64,000 nucleotides of DNA from Paraspadella gotoi. Its lineage: Eukaryota > Animalia > Chaetognatha. Under the pieces are notes generated by a model. It was not told where the DNA came from. It saw only the letters and a list, made by a program, of their open reading frames with translations, and made no database searches. Position numbers and translations under genes: made by a program. Shown here one piece after another: positions 23,134-35,116 of this stretch (the first letter of the stretch is position 1; each line of letters starts with the position of its first letter). The DNA lies in assembly GCA_051294375.1 (NCBI GenBank), contig CM119269.1:13300790-13364789 (forward strand), given 5' to 3'.

Positions 23134-26100
23134 ATTCGTATTTAAATACAATCCGAAAAGTAAGAGTGAAGTGGAGAGAAAGGACTTTCCTTAATTTTAA
23201 GTTATTAATTTCTTCTCTCCAATTATTATTTATTCCGTTCAATAAAACGCTTTTCGGTCTGTCTGTCAGTCTCTCAATTATTGTCCAGTATCGTTTATGA
23301 AAAAAAAGCTTAGAAAGAGGAAAGTTTTATGGATAGAGGTTTTATTATCTAAATTTCTGAGCTCGAATAAAAAAAATAGGAAAAAGAAAACGAAGAGAAA
23401 GAAGAGTAGCAGGAGAAGCAGCAGGAGAAGAAGCAGGTGGAGCAGCGGGAGAAGCAGCAATTTTTCTTACCTTTATAACCTCTAAATTTTTCTTTTCATT
23501 CATTCTACTCCTTTCCTCACTTTTCCGTGTTTCTCACCTCTTTCTCTTCTCCTTTCCTTTTCCCTTCAATTTCCCACTTTCCTCCCTCCACGCCCCGACC
23601 TCCGACCTCCTACCTCCGACCTCCGATCTCCGACTTCCGACCTCCACTCCGACCAGTTACGACGATAGGGATTGGGGTGGCGACTGCAAGAAGCAGAGGC
23701 AATCGCCGGTCAACATCGAAACAAAATACACGAAGCACGAAGATTGGGAACCTGTTGAATTGAGTGGATGCGACTTTACTAAAGGTAAAAATCTTGTGAA
23801 TGAACAGTTGTACCGAGAGGTCATAAACTGATGGATAGACTCAATGAGCCACCGGGCTACAGATTTAAGACACAATAGCGATTAATCCACTGTTACATTG
23901 GAAGAACTTGATAATGATAGTTTAACCAAAAGACCACACGCCTTTTTGTGAAAATTTAACATTTGTTTTTGTTTATTTATTTGTATGACGCTCTACCTTT
24001 TGTTTAGTCACAATGACAGTGACGCTCTACCTCTGGTTTATTAACAGTAATTACTATGTTTTACCTTTTGTTTATGTACAATGACGATGACGCTCTACCA
24101 TTTGTTTATTTTGTGACAATGATTAAGTATTTAAATTGACAATGATTCTCTACCTTTTGTTTTATTACAGTGAAGATCAAGCTCGATCCAGGCAAAGGAT
24201 TAAAGTTTGAGGGAGACGATTTTTCAAACTGCAAACTGAAAAAAGCCGGATTATCCAAAGTTTATAAGTTAGGACAATTCCATTTCCACTGGAAGAAAGG
24301 AAGCACGGTGAGAAGGGAGTGAAATTGTTTGGGCTCTATTTTTTGAAAGCGCCTCATTTCTGTTCAGAATTCTTTAACTTAATTTTAAATAAACTATTTA
24401 ACCATAATCTTTTTCCAAATACTTCTCACAATCTTTAATCCCAAACTATATTTTTAAACCAAATCCGAAACCTAACTCTGCATACTAATCTAACCTCATC
24501 CATATCTTAATCCCTAACTTAATCCCTAACTTAATCTCTAACTTAATCGATAACCTAATCCCTATCTTAATCTTAATCTAACCTAATCCCTATCTTAATC
24601 CCTAACTTAATCCTTTGACTTAAAAATTTATTTAATTATAAAATCGGGCGCTTTTATAATATATGGCCAGTATTTGATTGCCTCATTAAAAACCTTTTCA
24701 CGAGGAAGGCGTTTGTAGTACAAACGTGAACGATTTACTCGCGGTTAAATTTTGAACTCGGATAAAGATATTTCTTTATTCAGGGTTGCGGTGCTAAAGG
24801 TTCGGAACATACTGTCAACGGAATGTCATATCCTTTGGAGGGACACTTTGTTTTTTACGATGAGTGAGTGAATTTTGGTGAAATATACGTACATTAAACT
24901 TAAATCTGGAACTTAAATATACATGTATGGTGGACTAAAATCCACCAACCGTTCATCAGCGGCCATTGGTGCCGGAAGCAAGTCATTCGCCTCCCAACTC
25001 AAAGGTCCGGGGTTCTAGCCCTTGGGTGTCTAGCAGTAAAGAGGGTCGGGTCGCTTAACCCGCCTGTAACACAGCCTGATCCGAAGCTCAGGGACTGCTT
25101 ATATTGAACGGTTCTGTCACTTACATATAACAATAATTACTGTCTCTTCACATGTATTTTTACAAAAACTCTTCCTTATTGCTGGTTTTTATTTTTTTTA
25201 AATTTTGATAGTCATGTTAAAAATAAACACAATGTACCAAATAATAAATCTCTAAAAGGCGTGTCTCTTCTCATTTTTACAGCGCTCGGGACAACCTTAC
25301 AGCGGCGCTAGAAAGCGGACAAGGCGACGCCCTCGCCGTCATTGGCATCTTTTATATGAATACGGCGGACAGCGTTCCACCGCACTTTGAGAAGATCCAG
25401 AATGCGCTCGGTTGCTTCATAAGCCAAACCTGTTAGTCAATTGGAGTAGTGTCACGTCTGGAATGCCTTTTTTTTTACCCGCTCCTTTCCCTATATTCTC
25501 AGCTATTATATATATGAAAATTTGCAAATTACTTGTTTCACTATTTTCTATTTTTATATTTTATGAAGGATTTAGTATTTAATCTTATTATTTAATCAAA
25601 TATATATTGCTTTCTTTCTTAAACATGTTTTATTTATCTAATAATTCAATTTGGGTAGGGGAAGTCAGTGTTGTCTTCTGGAAATAGAGGGAGCATCTAT
25701 ACAACACAAGGTTAGATTACTATCTGTCCTAGTTTTCTAATAGATATCACACATCATTTCTGTTAGAAAGTCATTAATGAAAAATCATAATATCTAAGAG
25801 GCTGAACAGAAAGGGGTGGGAATGGATATATAATGGATATAATGGATATAATGGATATATAATTATATATACCCTCATAGTCTTTTTTTAAAATTTAGAA
25901 TCTCTATAATATTTATTTAACTAAGTAGCCGCATTCCTCTCGCAGTTTCAATAATTTTGTATGGATTTATTAAAGAACTAGGCTAAGAATCTTAGTATCT
26001 AAGAATCTTAGTAAGATAATATTTTCCCCGATATTTTTACTAGGTACCACCAAGGAGGTTGATCTTTCCGGGGAAACCGTTCAAAACTTTTTGCCCGAGA

Positions 26101-28198
26101 AAATAAACGATTATTATCGATACGAGGGAAGCCTAACGACGCCGACTTGCAATGAGCAGGTGCATATGGATGAGTTTGCTTTCTGCTCCTTTTTAGTCGG
26201 ATCTGCTTACTCATCTTGTCGGTTCGTCGGTCCCACCCTAAAATATTGTCGGTAAATCATTTATATCATATCAAAATCGAAGAATGAGAAATTGTAAAAA
26301 AAAACGTCCGTACGTCCGTCTATCTGCCTGTCTTTCTGTCTGAAGGTCAGTCCCACCTTAGCATTGAACTCCAATTACTCGTGATTGGATGGATGGATTA
26401 GAATAAAATTTTGTGTGTGGGTAGAGAACTGTGTGATTGAGATATAAAGTTTCGATAGAATCGTGCGATTGTAAATGAGTTTAAGTGGAAAAAATATCAT
26501 CTTTGTATCTTTTTACTTACATTAACTCATAATTATTCCAATTATTTATAATTGAATCTATGAATTAAGATGAAATTTTGTGTATGGGTAGGAAAGTGTT
26601 TGAATGAGCTGGGTATAAAGTTTCGATGGAATCGGGCGAGTGTAAATTGGGTTAAATGGAAAAAAAACATAAGTCACATTAACTTGAATCTTTTTACTAA
26701 TTTTAACCCATTATTGGATGGATAGATTGAAATGAAATTTTGTGTGTGGATAGGTAAGTTTGTGATTAAGCAGGTTATAAAGTTTCGATGGAATTGAGGA
26801 GTGGAAATGAGTTTGCATTGAAAAAACCAAAGTCAAGTTGACTTAAATTTTTATTATATGCTTACTCATAAAAGTCTTAATTAATTAATTAAATAATTAT
26901 TTTAATTAATTAATTAACTAATGTAAAAAATGATGAAAGTTAAAAAAATGATGCAAGTTAAAAAAATGATGCAAGTTGAAAAAATTATTCGAAAATGATG
27001 CAAAAATGATGCAAATTTAATAAATGATGCAAATTGAAAAAATGATAGAAATTGAAAAAATGATGCAAATTGAAAAAATGATGAGTGTAAAAAAATGATG
27101 CAAATTAAAAAAAATTATGCGAGTTGAAAAAATGATGCGAGATGAGAAAACTTAAAACTTACTTAATTCTGTATTTAAGTTGAAATGGGGGGCTTTTGGA
27201 AAATATATATAAGGGATAATATATACACGGGGTTAACCACTAGTTTCTCCAAAATTTGGTATCCTCTCTCACACATTTTTTCCCCTTTCTCACTTATCAG
27301 GTGATATGGACGGTGATGTCTACACCCAAATTGATCTACATCTCTGCCTTGAAAGCCATTCACGAGGCGGGAAGCGTTTTCGAACCTCAACTACAGAGAA
27401 ACGCAGCCGCTCAACGGAAGAGAGGTGAGAGAGAGAGGGAAGGGAGAGAGAGAGAGAGAGAGAGAGAGAAGGGTGAGAGTGAAGGGGAGTGGGAGAGAGG
27501 AGGAGAGAGAGGGGAGAAAGAGAGAGGAGAAGTGAGAGAGAGAGATAGAGATAAAGGGAGAGAATGAAAGAGAGAGGGGAGAGAGAGAGAGGGGAGAGGG
27601 AGAGAGAAAGGAGGAGAGAGAGGGGGAGAGAGAGAGAGAGACGAGAACGAGAGAGAGATAGAGAGAGAGAGATAAAGGGAGAGAGTAAAATAGAGAGAGA
27701 GCGAGAGATAAAGGGAGAGAGAGAGAAAAAAAAAGCAAGGAAGGTGAGATGGAAAGAGAGAGAAGAAGGAAGAGGAAGGAAGGAGATAAAAGTGAAAAAG
27801 AGAAGGAGAGAGAAGAGAAGGAGAAAGAAAGGGAGAATGAGTGGTTGGAGCGAGAGAGAGTAGGTAAGGGAGAGAAAGTAAGTGTGGAAGAGGGAGAGAG
27901 CGAGAGGTGGGAGGGAGCGAGAGTGTGAGACAGGGATGTGATCGGAAAATTATAAAATTTCTTTGGTTGCTCGGTTTAAACTGTCAAATGTATTGATAGG
28001 CCTTTCAACTGAGCAACTAGTTTGTTAACAATTTTGAATTCATTTTAAAACTCTAATAACTCGGTACAATTTCGTTATTCAATTCAGATTACATGCGTCG
28101 GTAAATGTCATTCGGGGGCGTCGTCGTCGTCTGAAAGCGCCGTCGTCGTCACCGTCCTCGCCGCCGTCGCGGCTTTCCTCGCGGGGCGCCATCTTTGA
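22090..28198 (+). CDS. Alpha-carbonic anhydrase, secreted and probably GPI-anchored (CA4-like architecture): join(22090..22172,23657..23784,24171..24307,24784..24863,25283..25431,26044..26159,27301..27424,28088..28198); 1-bp frameshift in exon 7
   Basis: All GT-AG with matching phases. Signal peptide MKSSTGLATAFAIATVGIFIGICDG, then SWNY..W..C..RQSPVNI, QFHFHW (Zn ligands), GSEHTVNG..YPLEGHFV (third Zn His), DALAVIGIF, YYRYEGSLTTPTCNEQVIWTV, NYRETQPLNGRE (+1 frame), and tail HSGASSSSESAVVVTVLAAVAAFLAGRHL*. Confidence 0.93.
22764..23135. repeat. (TAAAG)n / (TAAA)n simple repeat in CA intron 1
   Basis: Direct reading of penta- and tetranucleotide arrays. Confidence 0.95.
24331..24668. mobile_element. 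MITE-like element (family D) in CA intron 3
   Basis: Imperfect TIRs GGGCTCTATTTTTTGAAAGCGCC / GGGCGCTTTTATAATATATGGCC, internal (CTAACTTAATCC)n; colinear with 2388-2618. Confidence 0.6.
24961..25100 (+). mobile_element. tRNA-derived SINE-like element in CA intron 4
   Basis: GC-rich insert GGCCATTGGTGCCGGAAGCAAGTCATTCGCCTCCCAACTCAAAGGTCCGGGGTTCTAGCCC with a B-box-like GGTTCTAGCCC and a tRNA-Gly-like TCGCCTCCCA region, followed by unrelated body sequence; no intact cloverleaf. Confidence 0.4.
26190..27150. mobile_element. Helentron/HINE-like element (family C), inverted copy in CA intron 6
   Basis: Begins TTTTTAGTCGGATCTGCTTA and matches the reverse complement of 19440-19558; three to four ~150-bp subrepeats and an (AAAAAATGATGCAARTTG)n array matching the reverse complement of 16620-16670. 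Confidence 0.65.
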
Positions 28199-28632
28199 GA
28201 CGGAAGAGAAGGAAAGAACAACGACAACAACAACAAAAAAATAGGGATGGAGATGAAGGAAAAGGAGGCGAAGTAAAAGAAAAGAAAGAAAAGAAAGAAA
28301 AGAAAGAAAATGAGGGCGAAGTGTGGGGACTGGGGTTATACTTAGTCGATCCGTGTCTCAATATGAGTGACAACCAAAAAAAATCCCAAGCCGTAGATAG
28401 ACAATTATTTTTTTAATATCCTTTCTATGCTTTCATTTCATTCAATATTTGACGTTGATCCCTAATTAATTAAGTTAATTAATTAAATTAATTAAGTTAT
28501 TCGTTGTGAGTGATTGGTCGGCTCTTTTTTGATCAGATAACTAATTGAAAATTTTATTCGTAAATCATTAAAATTATCAAAATATATAATATATACCATG
28601 AGTTAAAAATGTTATTTAGAGATAATTACTAA

Positions 28633-29231
28633 GGCGGGCCAGAATTTTACATTTTTTACAATATGAAAAATTCTGTAATAAAAGTCTTTTGTCCTTTTAC
28701 AACCAAATTTACTTATGATGTTAGATTTTGATTAAATTCATTTTCCTCATGCATGGAAGCATTTTAATATTTAACAATATATAAGAAATGCTTAAAAAAA
28801 TTTTAGGAAATTTAAATTTTAAAAAATAGATTTTAATAAAGATTAAAAAGTTATATTAAGGTTAGTACTACAAATTTAAAAAATTTCAATGATAAATTGG
28901 CTAAAATTTTAAGAAACTTTAAAAAATCATCATTATCATCATCATTCATTAGTTTTATAATTTTTGTTAATTTTCATAGTCAAATCATTAAAATTTCAAG
29001 AAGTTGTAATAATAACCTTCATTTAACTTTTGAAGCTCTATCAGAATCCGTTAAAAAAAATTAAAATATATTAAAAAAAAATTGATATTATATAGTATTT
29101 GGATAATATAAAATAACTTCCATGCGTTTAACTATAAGATAAATCTTAAATTTTTTTTATTTTTATGATCTTTAATAAACACACTAACAATATTTATACC
29201 GGACTTCTGTTAGTTTGTAACCTGTTCCGCC
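28633..29231. mobile_element. Putative TTAA-associated MITE (~600 bp)
   Basis: Imperfect termini CTAA|GGCGGGCCAG ... CTGTTCCGCC|TTAA enclosing very AT-rich non-coding DNA. Confidence 0.35.
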
Positions 29232-31694
29232 TTAATAATTGCTGTTGATTCATTTACGGTTTCAAATAGACGATTAACAAAAAAGTCAAACAATTCTTTA
29301 AATAAAGATATATATATCTAAAAAAGTCAAACACTCCTTTAAATAGAGTTATAACCGTTATTAGTTTAAATTACGATTTTTTTGGCGTCACTGATTTTGA
29401 CTTATGGATTTTATTTAGGCAAAGATTATTTCTTACTAAGATTAGAACAATATTTTTCTTACCGTAGAAAGCAATGTAAATTATTAAATTTATAAAAAAA
29501 ATAATTATTCTGTGAAATGAGTTTAATTACGGTCGCAATTTTAATCGTATAAAGAAATTTTTTTTCTCCTGATCATCGGTATTTTTCGTGAGAGAATATT
29601 TACTGCGGAAATTGGTGATCTTTAATAATATATTAGATTCGCGGTAAGACTTTAATTTAATAAATTCAATTCAAAACAATCTTAAATTGTTTTAATAGTT
29701 CAATTAACTTGATAATAGTAAAACAACTGGTTGCTTGAAAAAAAAACTCGACCAAAAATTATGTCATTGTGTCACAGTCAAAACACCACAGACAAATTTG
29801 CATCCCCAATTTAGATTCGAGGTCTAAACTACTAACTAAATATCAAGCAATTAAAACCATTTGTAATATATGTTATGAGACTGAAACTTCCCCTTATTTC
29901 AGTTCTGCAGCGAAACTGTTCAAGTAATTTCTTAGGTTAGTTTTGGGTTAGCGTTCACAAAGTGCTTTTCTACTTTATTATAATTTATTTACACTATTTT
30001 GCTTTAATTTTGTTTTTATTTCATTCTTTTTTGTTATCTTATTTTTTTTTCATTTCTTAATTTTAATCACAGTCTTAATTTTTGGAACCTATTGTCATTT
30101 ATAAATAACAGCATTTCTTCAATAATTAGAGTAGTATTCAATTACCTGCTTACTACAAAAATAAAGCCAATGTGAAAACTTTGTATCTAAATGACATTGT
30201 AAAGTTTTGTATTTTTATTAATCTCAATAATCATCTTACAGCAAAGGCCGACAGTGATGTTACTTTAAAACAAAACAGGCTTTGAAAACGCGTCAATATG
30301 CTGTATTAAAGATTTAGAGTTTACTAAATGACGCACAACTTCATATTACGGACGGTTCTTTTTTTATTTCTTGAAACGTAATTTTATTAGTTATTTTATT
30401 CGTATTAGCTTGACCTTTGTTGCTCACTCGACACTATGTACTTACTTTCCTATGACAATACAAGTATACATGCCCATTATTCTTAGCTATCTATTATTTT
30501 CTTATTATCATTTCTAGTTATGAAATCTTTTTATATTGAGGTTAAACAAAAGGAGTGGTCTTTAGATTTTATTCAACGTCATAATTTTTTTTCAAAGGAA
30601 GTTGATCACCTGTTTACCACAAAGATAGAATGAAGGTAACAAAGGTCCCATCTTTTTCTTTTAAACTTAATTCAAACAATTTTGAAGATGATGATGATGA
30701 TGGATTCATCGACATTCATCGACATTCATCCTGTAGCCAATTCATTTGTTATGAACGATAATTTTTTTGTAATAATTTAAATTTTTAAATTTTCGAATCG
30801 TATTAGTCTAAATATATAAACAAAAGCTCAGATTTTTATCTATCAGTGAAAGCCACCGGAAAAATTTTGCGATAGAAAAAAAGGGCGTAGACATTCCTAA
30901 GTTAGCGACTAATCTGTTTACTGGGACATTAGGTATTCCTTGTCCAATAGGTTAAAAAAAATTATTTATTAATAACCAATCATAAGTTAGATTTGATCCA
31001 CACTTTTGAGGCGAAGTTTAAATTAAAGTTAATTATTTCTGGAGAGTATCGGCCCTAAGGAAGCGCCACCCCGGGCCGAAACTGCGCCAGAAACCGCGCC
31101 ACAATCGCGCCACAAACCGGATTTATTAGATGGACGAGCGACATTGTAACTGCGTCACAAATTAAAGTTGAGAAAATAATTGGACTTTTAGGAAAACCCT
31201 GATTGTTTAAGAAAATCTAACCTTTTAAGTTTTGGCGGAAAAAAATGACTAAAAAAAATGTTTTCCCGTGGTTAATAAAGGCGAAGAAAAATGAATAAAC
31301 ATTATTTATTTTTTTGTTTTGTTTCTACGACGACTACGTTTAAAAAAAGTTGTCAATACGAACAATTTCAACACGATATGACTTCGGTATTTAATGATAA
31401 TGGTGTATAATCACAAATGTTGTTATCACATGGAACGAAAAATTATACCGTTTTTTTTTTACTGGAGTAGGAAAATAAGTTAGAAATAAACTTAATTGAT
31501 GGTTGAACAATACGTGAGAAAAATAAACCAGATATAGAAATGGTGCGATTTATAAAAAAAAACAACAAAAAAAAAACAAAAAAAAAAAAAAAACAATCAG
31601 TCATGAGTTTAATAAAATTTCAACTATTCGCGACGAGTATCCTGCTCGGATTTTTCAAATCCAAAATCGCATATAATTTTACTTTATTACAGAT

Positions 31695-31772
<78 letters not shown>

Positions 31773-32009
31773 GTGTGACGATATGTTTGGTCGTCGTCTC
31801 ACCGAAGCGGTGTTACGATTTCGGGGGGGGGTGTGGATAAATCAATCGAAAAATCCATTTTTAAACGTGACATAATCAATAAAATGAAAAAAATTAAAAA
31901 AGAAACTTTATCATAGTACTTATCGATGTGGAATTTGGGTTCTTGGTCTCATATTTCAAGAGAGACGCCAGTTATTTTGGCCCTTTTTTATATGTCCAAC
32001 CTAGTTTTC

Positions 32010-32103
<94 letters not shown>

Positions 32104-33815
32104 CAGAGAGACAGAGAGAGAGAGTCTGTCCGAACACTCCATTTTGTCCTTTAGAGGCCGCGAGCGCGTGCCGGGCACGATGCTGCTGCTTCGCCGCGAA
32201 GAACCCGGGCGGCGGCGCTGCGGAGGTTCGGCGTCACTGGCTCGGCTGACGCTGCTGAAGCCGCTGACGCCAAAGCGAGAAAACCCCCGCTGCAGCTGGG
32301 CCAAGGGAACTCGTGGATGTAATTGTAAATGGGAAGGCAAGGAGCTTTGCTCTCCTCTTATTTTCCACTTATTCCTGACTTAAACTATTTTTCTTATTTT
32401 TTTCTCTTGTTTTTCCCTTCAACTCTTTTCTTTCTCTTTCAATGTTTTCCTTATTTCCTCACAAACTTTTCTATTTCCCTTCATTCCTCATACCCTATTT
32501 CTACAAACTCCATCTCTCCTCCTCCTCCTCCTCCTCCTCCTCCTCCTCCTCCTCCTCGCTCCCCTTGCGAATTTAGACAACCGACGACGACGACAAAAAC
32601 GACGATGATGACGTGAGGCGAGCAGCGCCAAAGGAATCAGATACAGACGGCGATGGAAGATGTCAAGTTGGAATTTTGGAATCAGATGGTAGCGGAAAGA
32701 GAGAGAGAGAGACGAAAAGGATTACGATCAAGTCCCTCTCTTCCTTCTTTTAATTTTTTTCTTTTTTTTTTGGAGAAAAAACAGTCAATTCCACAAAAAG
32801 TCAAGTTAAAACATTGTCATGTTTGTTTTTTTTAGTTCACTGTTTGGCTCGCTTTGTTTCTTCTTTCGGGTTCAGAAAACTGCGACTGTTAATGCGAACA
32901 GTTTTTTTTTTTTTTGGTTTTGTTATGTTTTTTTTTTGGCACGAGTTCACACTTTTGTATACATAAATATCACGATACCTCAATAGAAGGATTAGCTGCG
33001 ATAGTTGCTTTGTTATTTGTCACTAAATAATATTATCGATTATGAAATAAAAGATTTTTACGTCGTCTGCGTCGTCGCCGTCGTTGGGAGCTTTTTCGCT
33101 TTTGGCTCGATGGGAAGGGGGGGGGGAAGTCTCATTAGGAAAGGGTTTAGACTTCAATTGATGACGTCACGTGCCTCGTCCGTTCTTGACGGAAACTCAT
33201 GACGTCATACGGTGCTAGTTTATGGTGTTTGGAGTCTTGATTATAACTTCTAACGTCATTGACATTTTTTAATATGTTTTTGCTTGATTATGATGAGTAC
33301 ACTGAACGGGAGAATGGGAGAACGGGAGAACCAACGCCGACGTCGAGAAGAGAAAGTCTTCCGGCGTTCTCCTGGCAAACGGAACGCCGGGTTCCCTCTG
33401 GCCGGCGTCAAAAGAAGGGTCTCCCGAACGCAAAAAATAAAAGAAACTCTCTGAGTGAGAAGGTCATTTTAGGGAAAATGTTGAGCAGCCAATGAAATCG
33501 ATTAACGATGTTAATTGTAAATGAGGCAGCATTCTTCCTCATGACTTGGAAGATGTTTCCTTTGTAAAACTGGATCAGAATTTCACGGTCCTCCAAAGTT
33601 GGTGAACATTCCCTTACGGTTTCTGTTTTTTATGTGTGGATCGAGACAAGGTGTGTGAAAGGAGGAGGAAGAGGAGGAGGAGGAGTAAAAGGGAGGTGGG
33701 ATGATTTGTTGCCTTTCACATCGGACAAACCCATTTGATGGATCATTGATGATGAATCTTGCAACGGAAAACTCTTGTGTTTTCCGATAATTCTCCTCTC
33801 TCTCTCTCTCTCTCC

Positions 33816-33877
<62 letters not shown>

Positions 33878-35116
33878 TGAAGTGGAGGGCCAAGTGATAG
33901 AGATTAAACAAAAATAAAGAGAAAGTTAATAAAAAAAACTTGGAAGTTTGAAATTAGGTGTACGAGGTAAGTTCATAAAAAGCGTATCATTGATAAAGTT
34001 TTTAAACCAAAATAATAATTGAGATATTTAAATATTTTAGTCAAAGGGACGCCGAGATTTTCTCATCGCGCGCCTACATCACAAAGAGACCGAGAGCCGA
34101 TTAACGTGAGCTTATGAACAGTTTTTAGTAATGATTTTTGAAACAAAAGAGGCGCTGCGATCGCCATTTGTTTTTCGGCGCGGAATTTGGAATTAAATCG
34201 TCGGCGGTTTTGACGGATGAAATTCGTGAAAGACGATCGGGTTCGTTGATCCGTGAGATGAGTTCGTCCAAAGATTCGGACGAAACTTCGTACTTGGTTT
34301 TTTTTTTATCCAATGTGTATAATCATAAATAAATTATATCGTATTCGAATTATATATATAAATATACTTTCCCGAGAGGAAAAAAAAACGACGACGACGA
34401 GGATCGCGAAGAAAGAACCTATTTTATAGAGTAGTTTTAAAAAAAATAAGATAATAACAATAAAATAATGATTTATTTTATCTCGCCATATTGGTAAAAT
34501 TGGTTCTTTCTTGGGGAACACCGTCGTGTATGGGCACTACTGAAAATTTGTCGAAAATATGAGAAAGACTTTGGTTAAAACTGATGTTAAAACTACAGTA
34601 AACCCTGAATAAAAAAAAATTACTTGAAAGATCATTGGTAATTATTCTGCCTGAAATTTGTTACATATTTCAAAAAAGCTTTTGTATATAAAGTTAAGAG
34701 AGTAAACACGGTTTCAAACTATGCATTTTGTGTTTTAAAAATTAATTAAATTCCAATTGTTGACTTTAAAAAGAAACGTTGTATCCAAACCGTTTTGTGA
34801 ATACTTCACACCATCGAAAAATAAGCCCTCGTCAATGGAAAAAAATAAATAAAATGCCAAATAAAAGTTATAAATCGCCTCAATTTTTGGAGCGAAAAAA
34901 AAAAAAAAAAATTGCGAATTGAAGCACGCAACTCAAAACACGCGCACACAAGCACAACAAACAAATAATCGCGCAAGCACTCCAAACAAGCACCGTCTCC
35001 ATCTTTTCCAAGATATAACGGAGATCCAACGCAATACATACAACTCAACAGTAAACGACCTGATCGTTTACAGTTTCACTCACACTAATCACACTGAAAA
35101 AAAAAAGAAGAAGAGA

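Noticed and set aside
24470-24620. CCCTAA-containing repeats as interstitial telomere
   Set aside because: The unit is a 12-mer (CTAACTTAATCC) inside a MITE with a second copy at 2388-2618, not (TTAGGG)n.
34125-34313. Protein-like minus-strand ORF (YEVSSESLDELISRINEPDRLSRISS), and 33408-33596
   Set aside because: No ATG start, no convincing splice pair or recognisable domain; may lie in the transporter 3' region.
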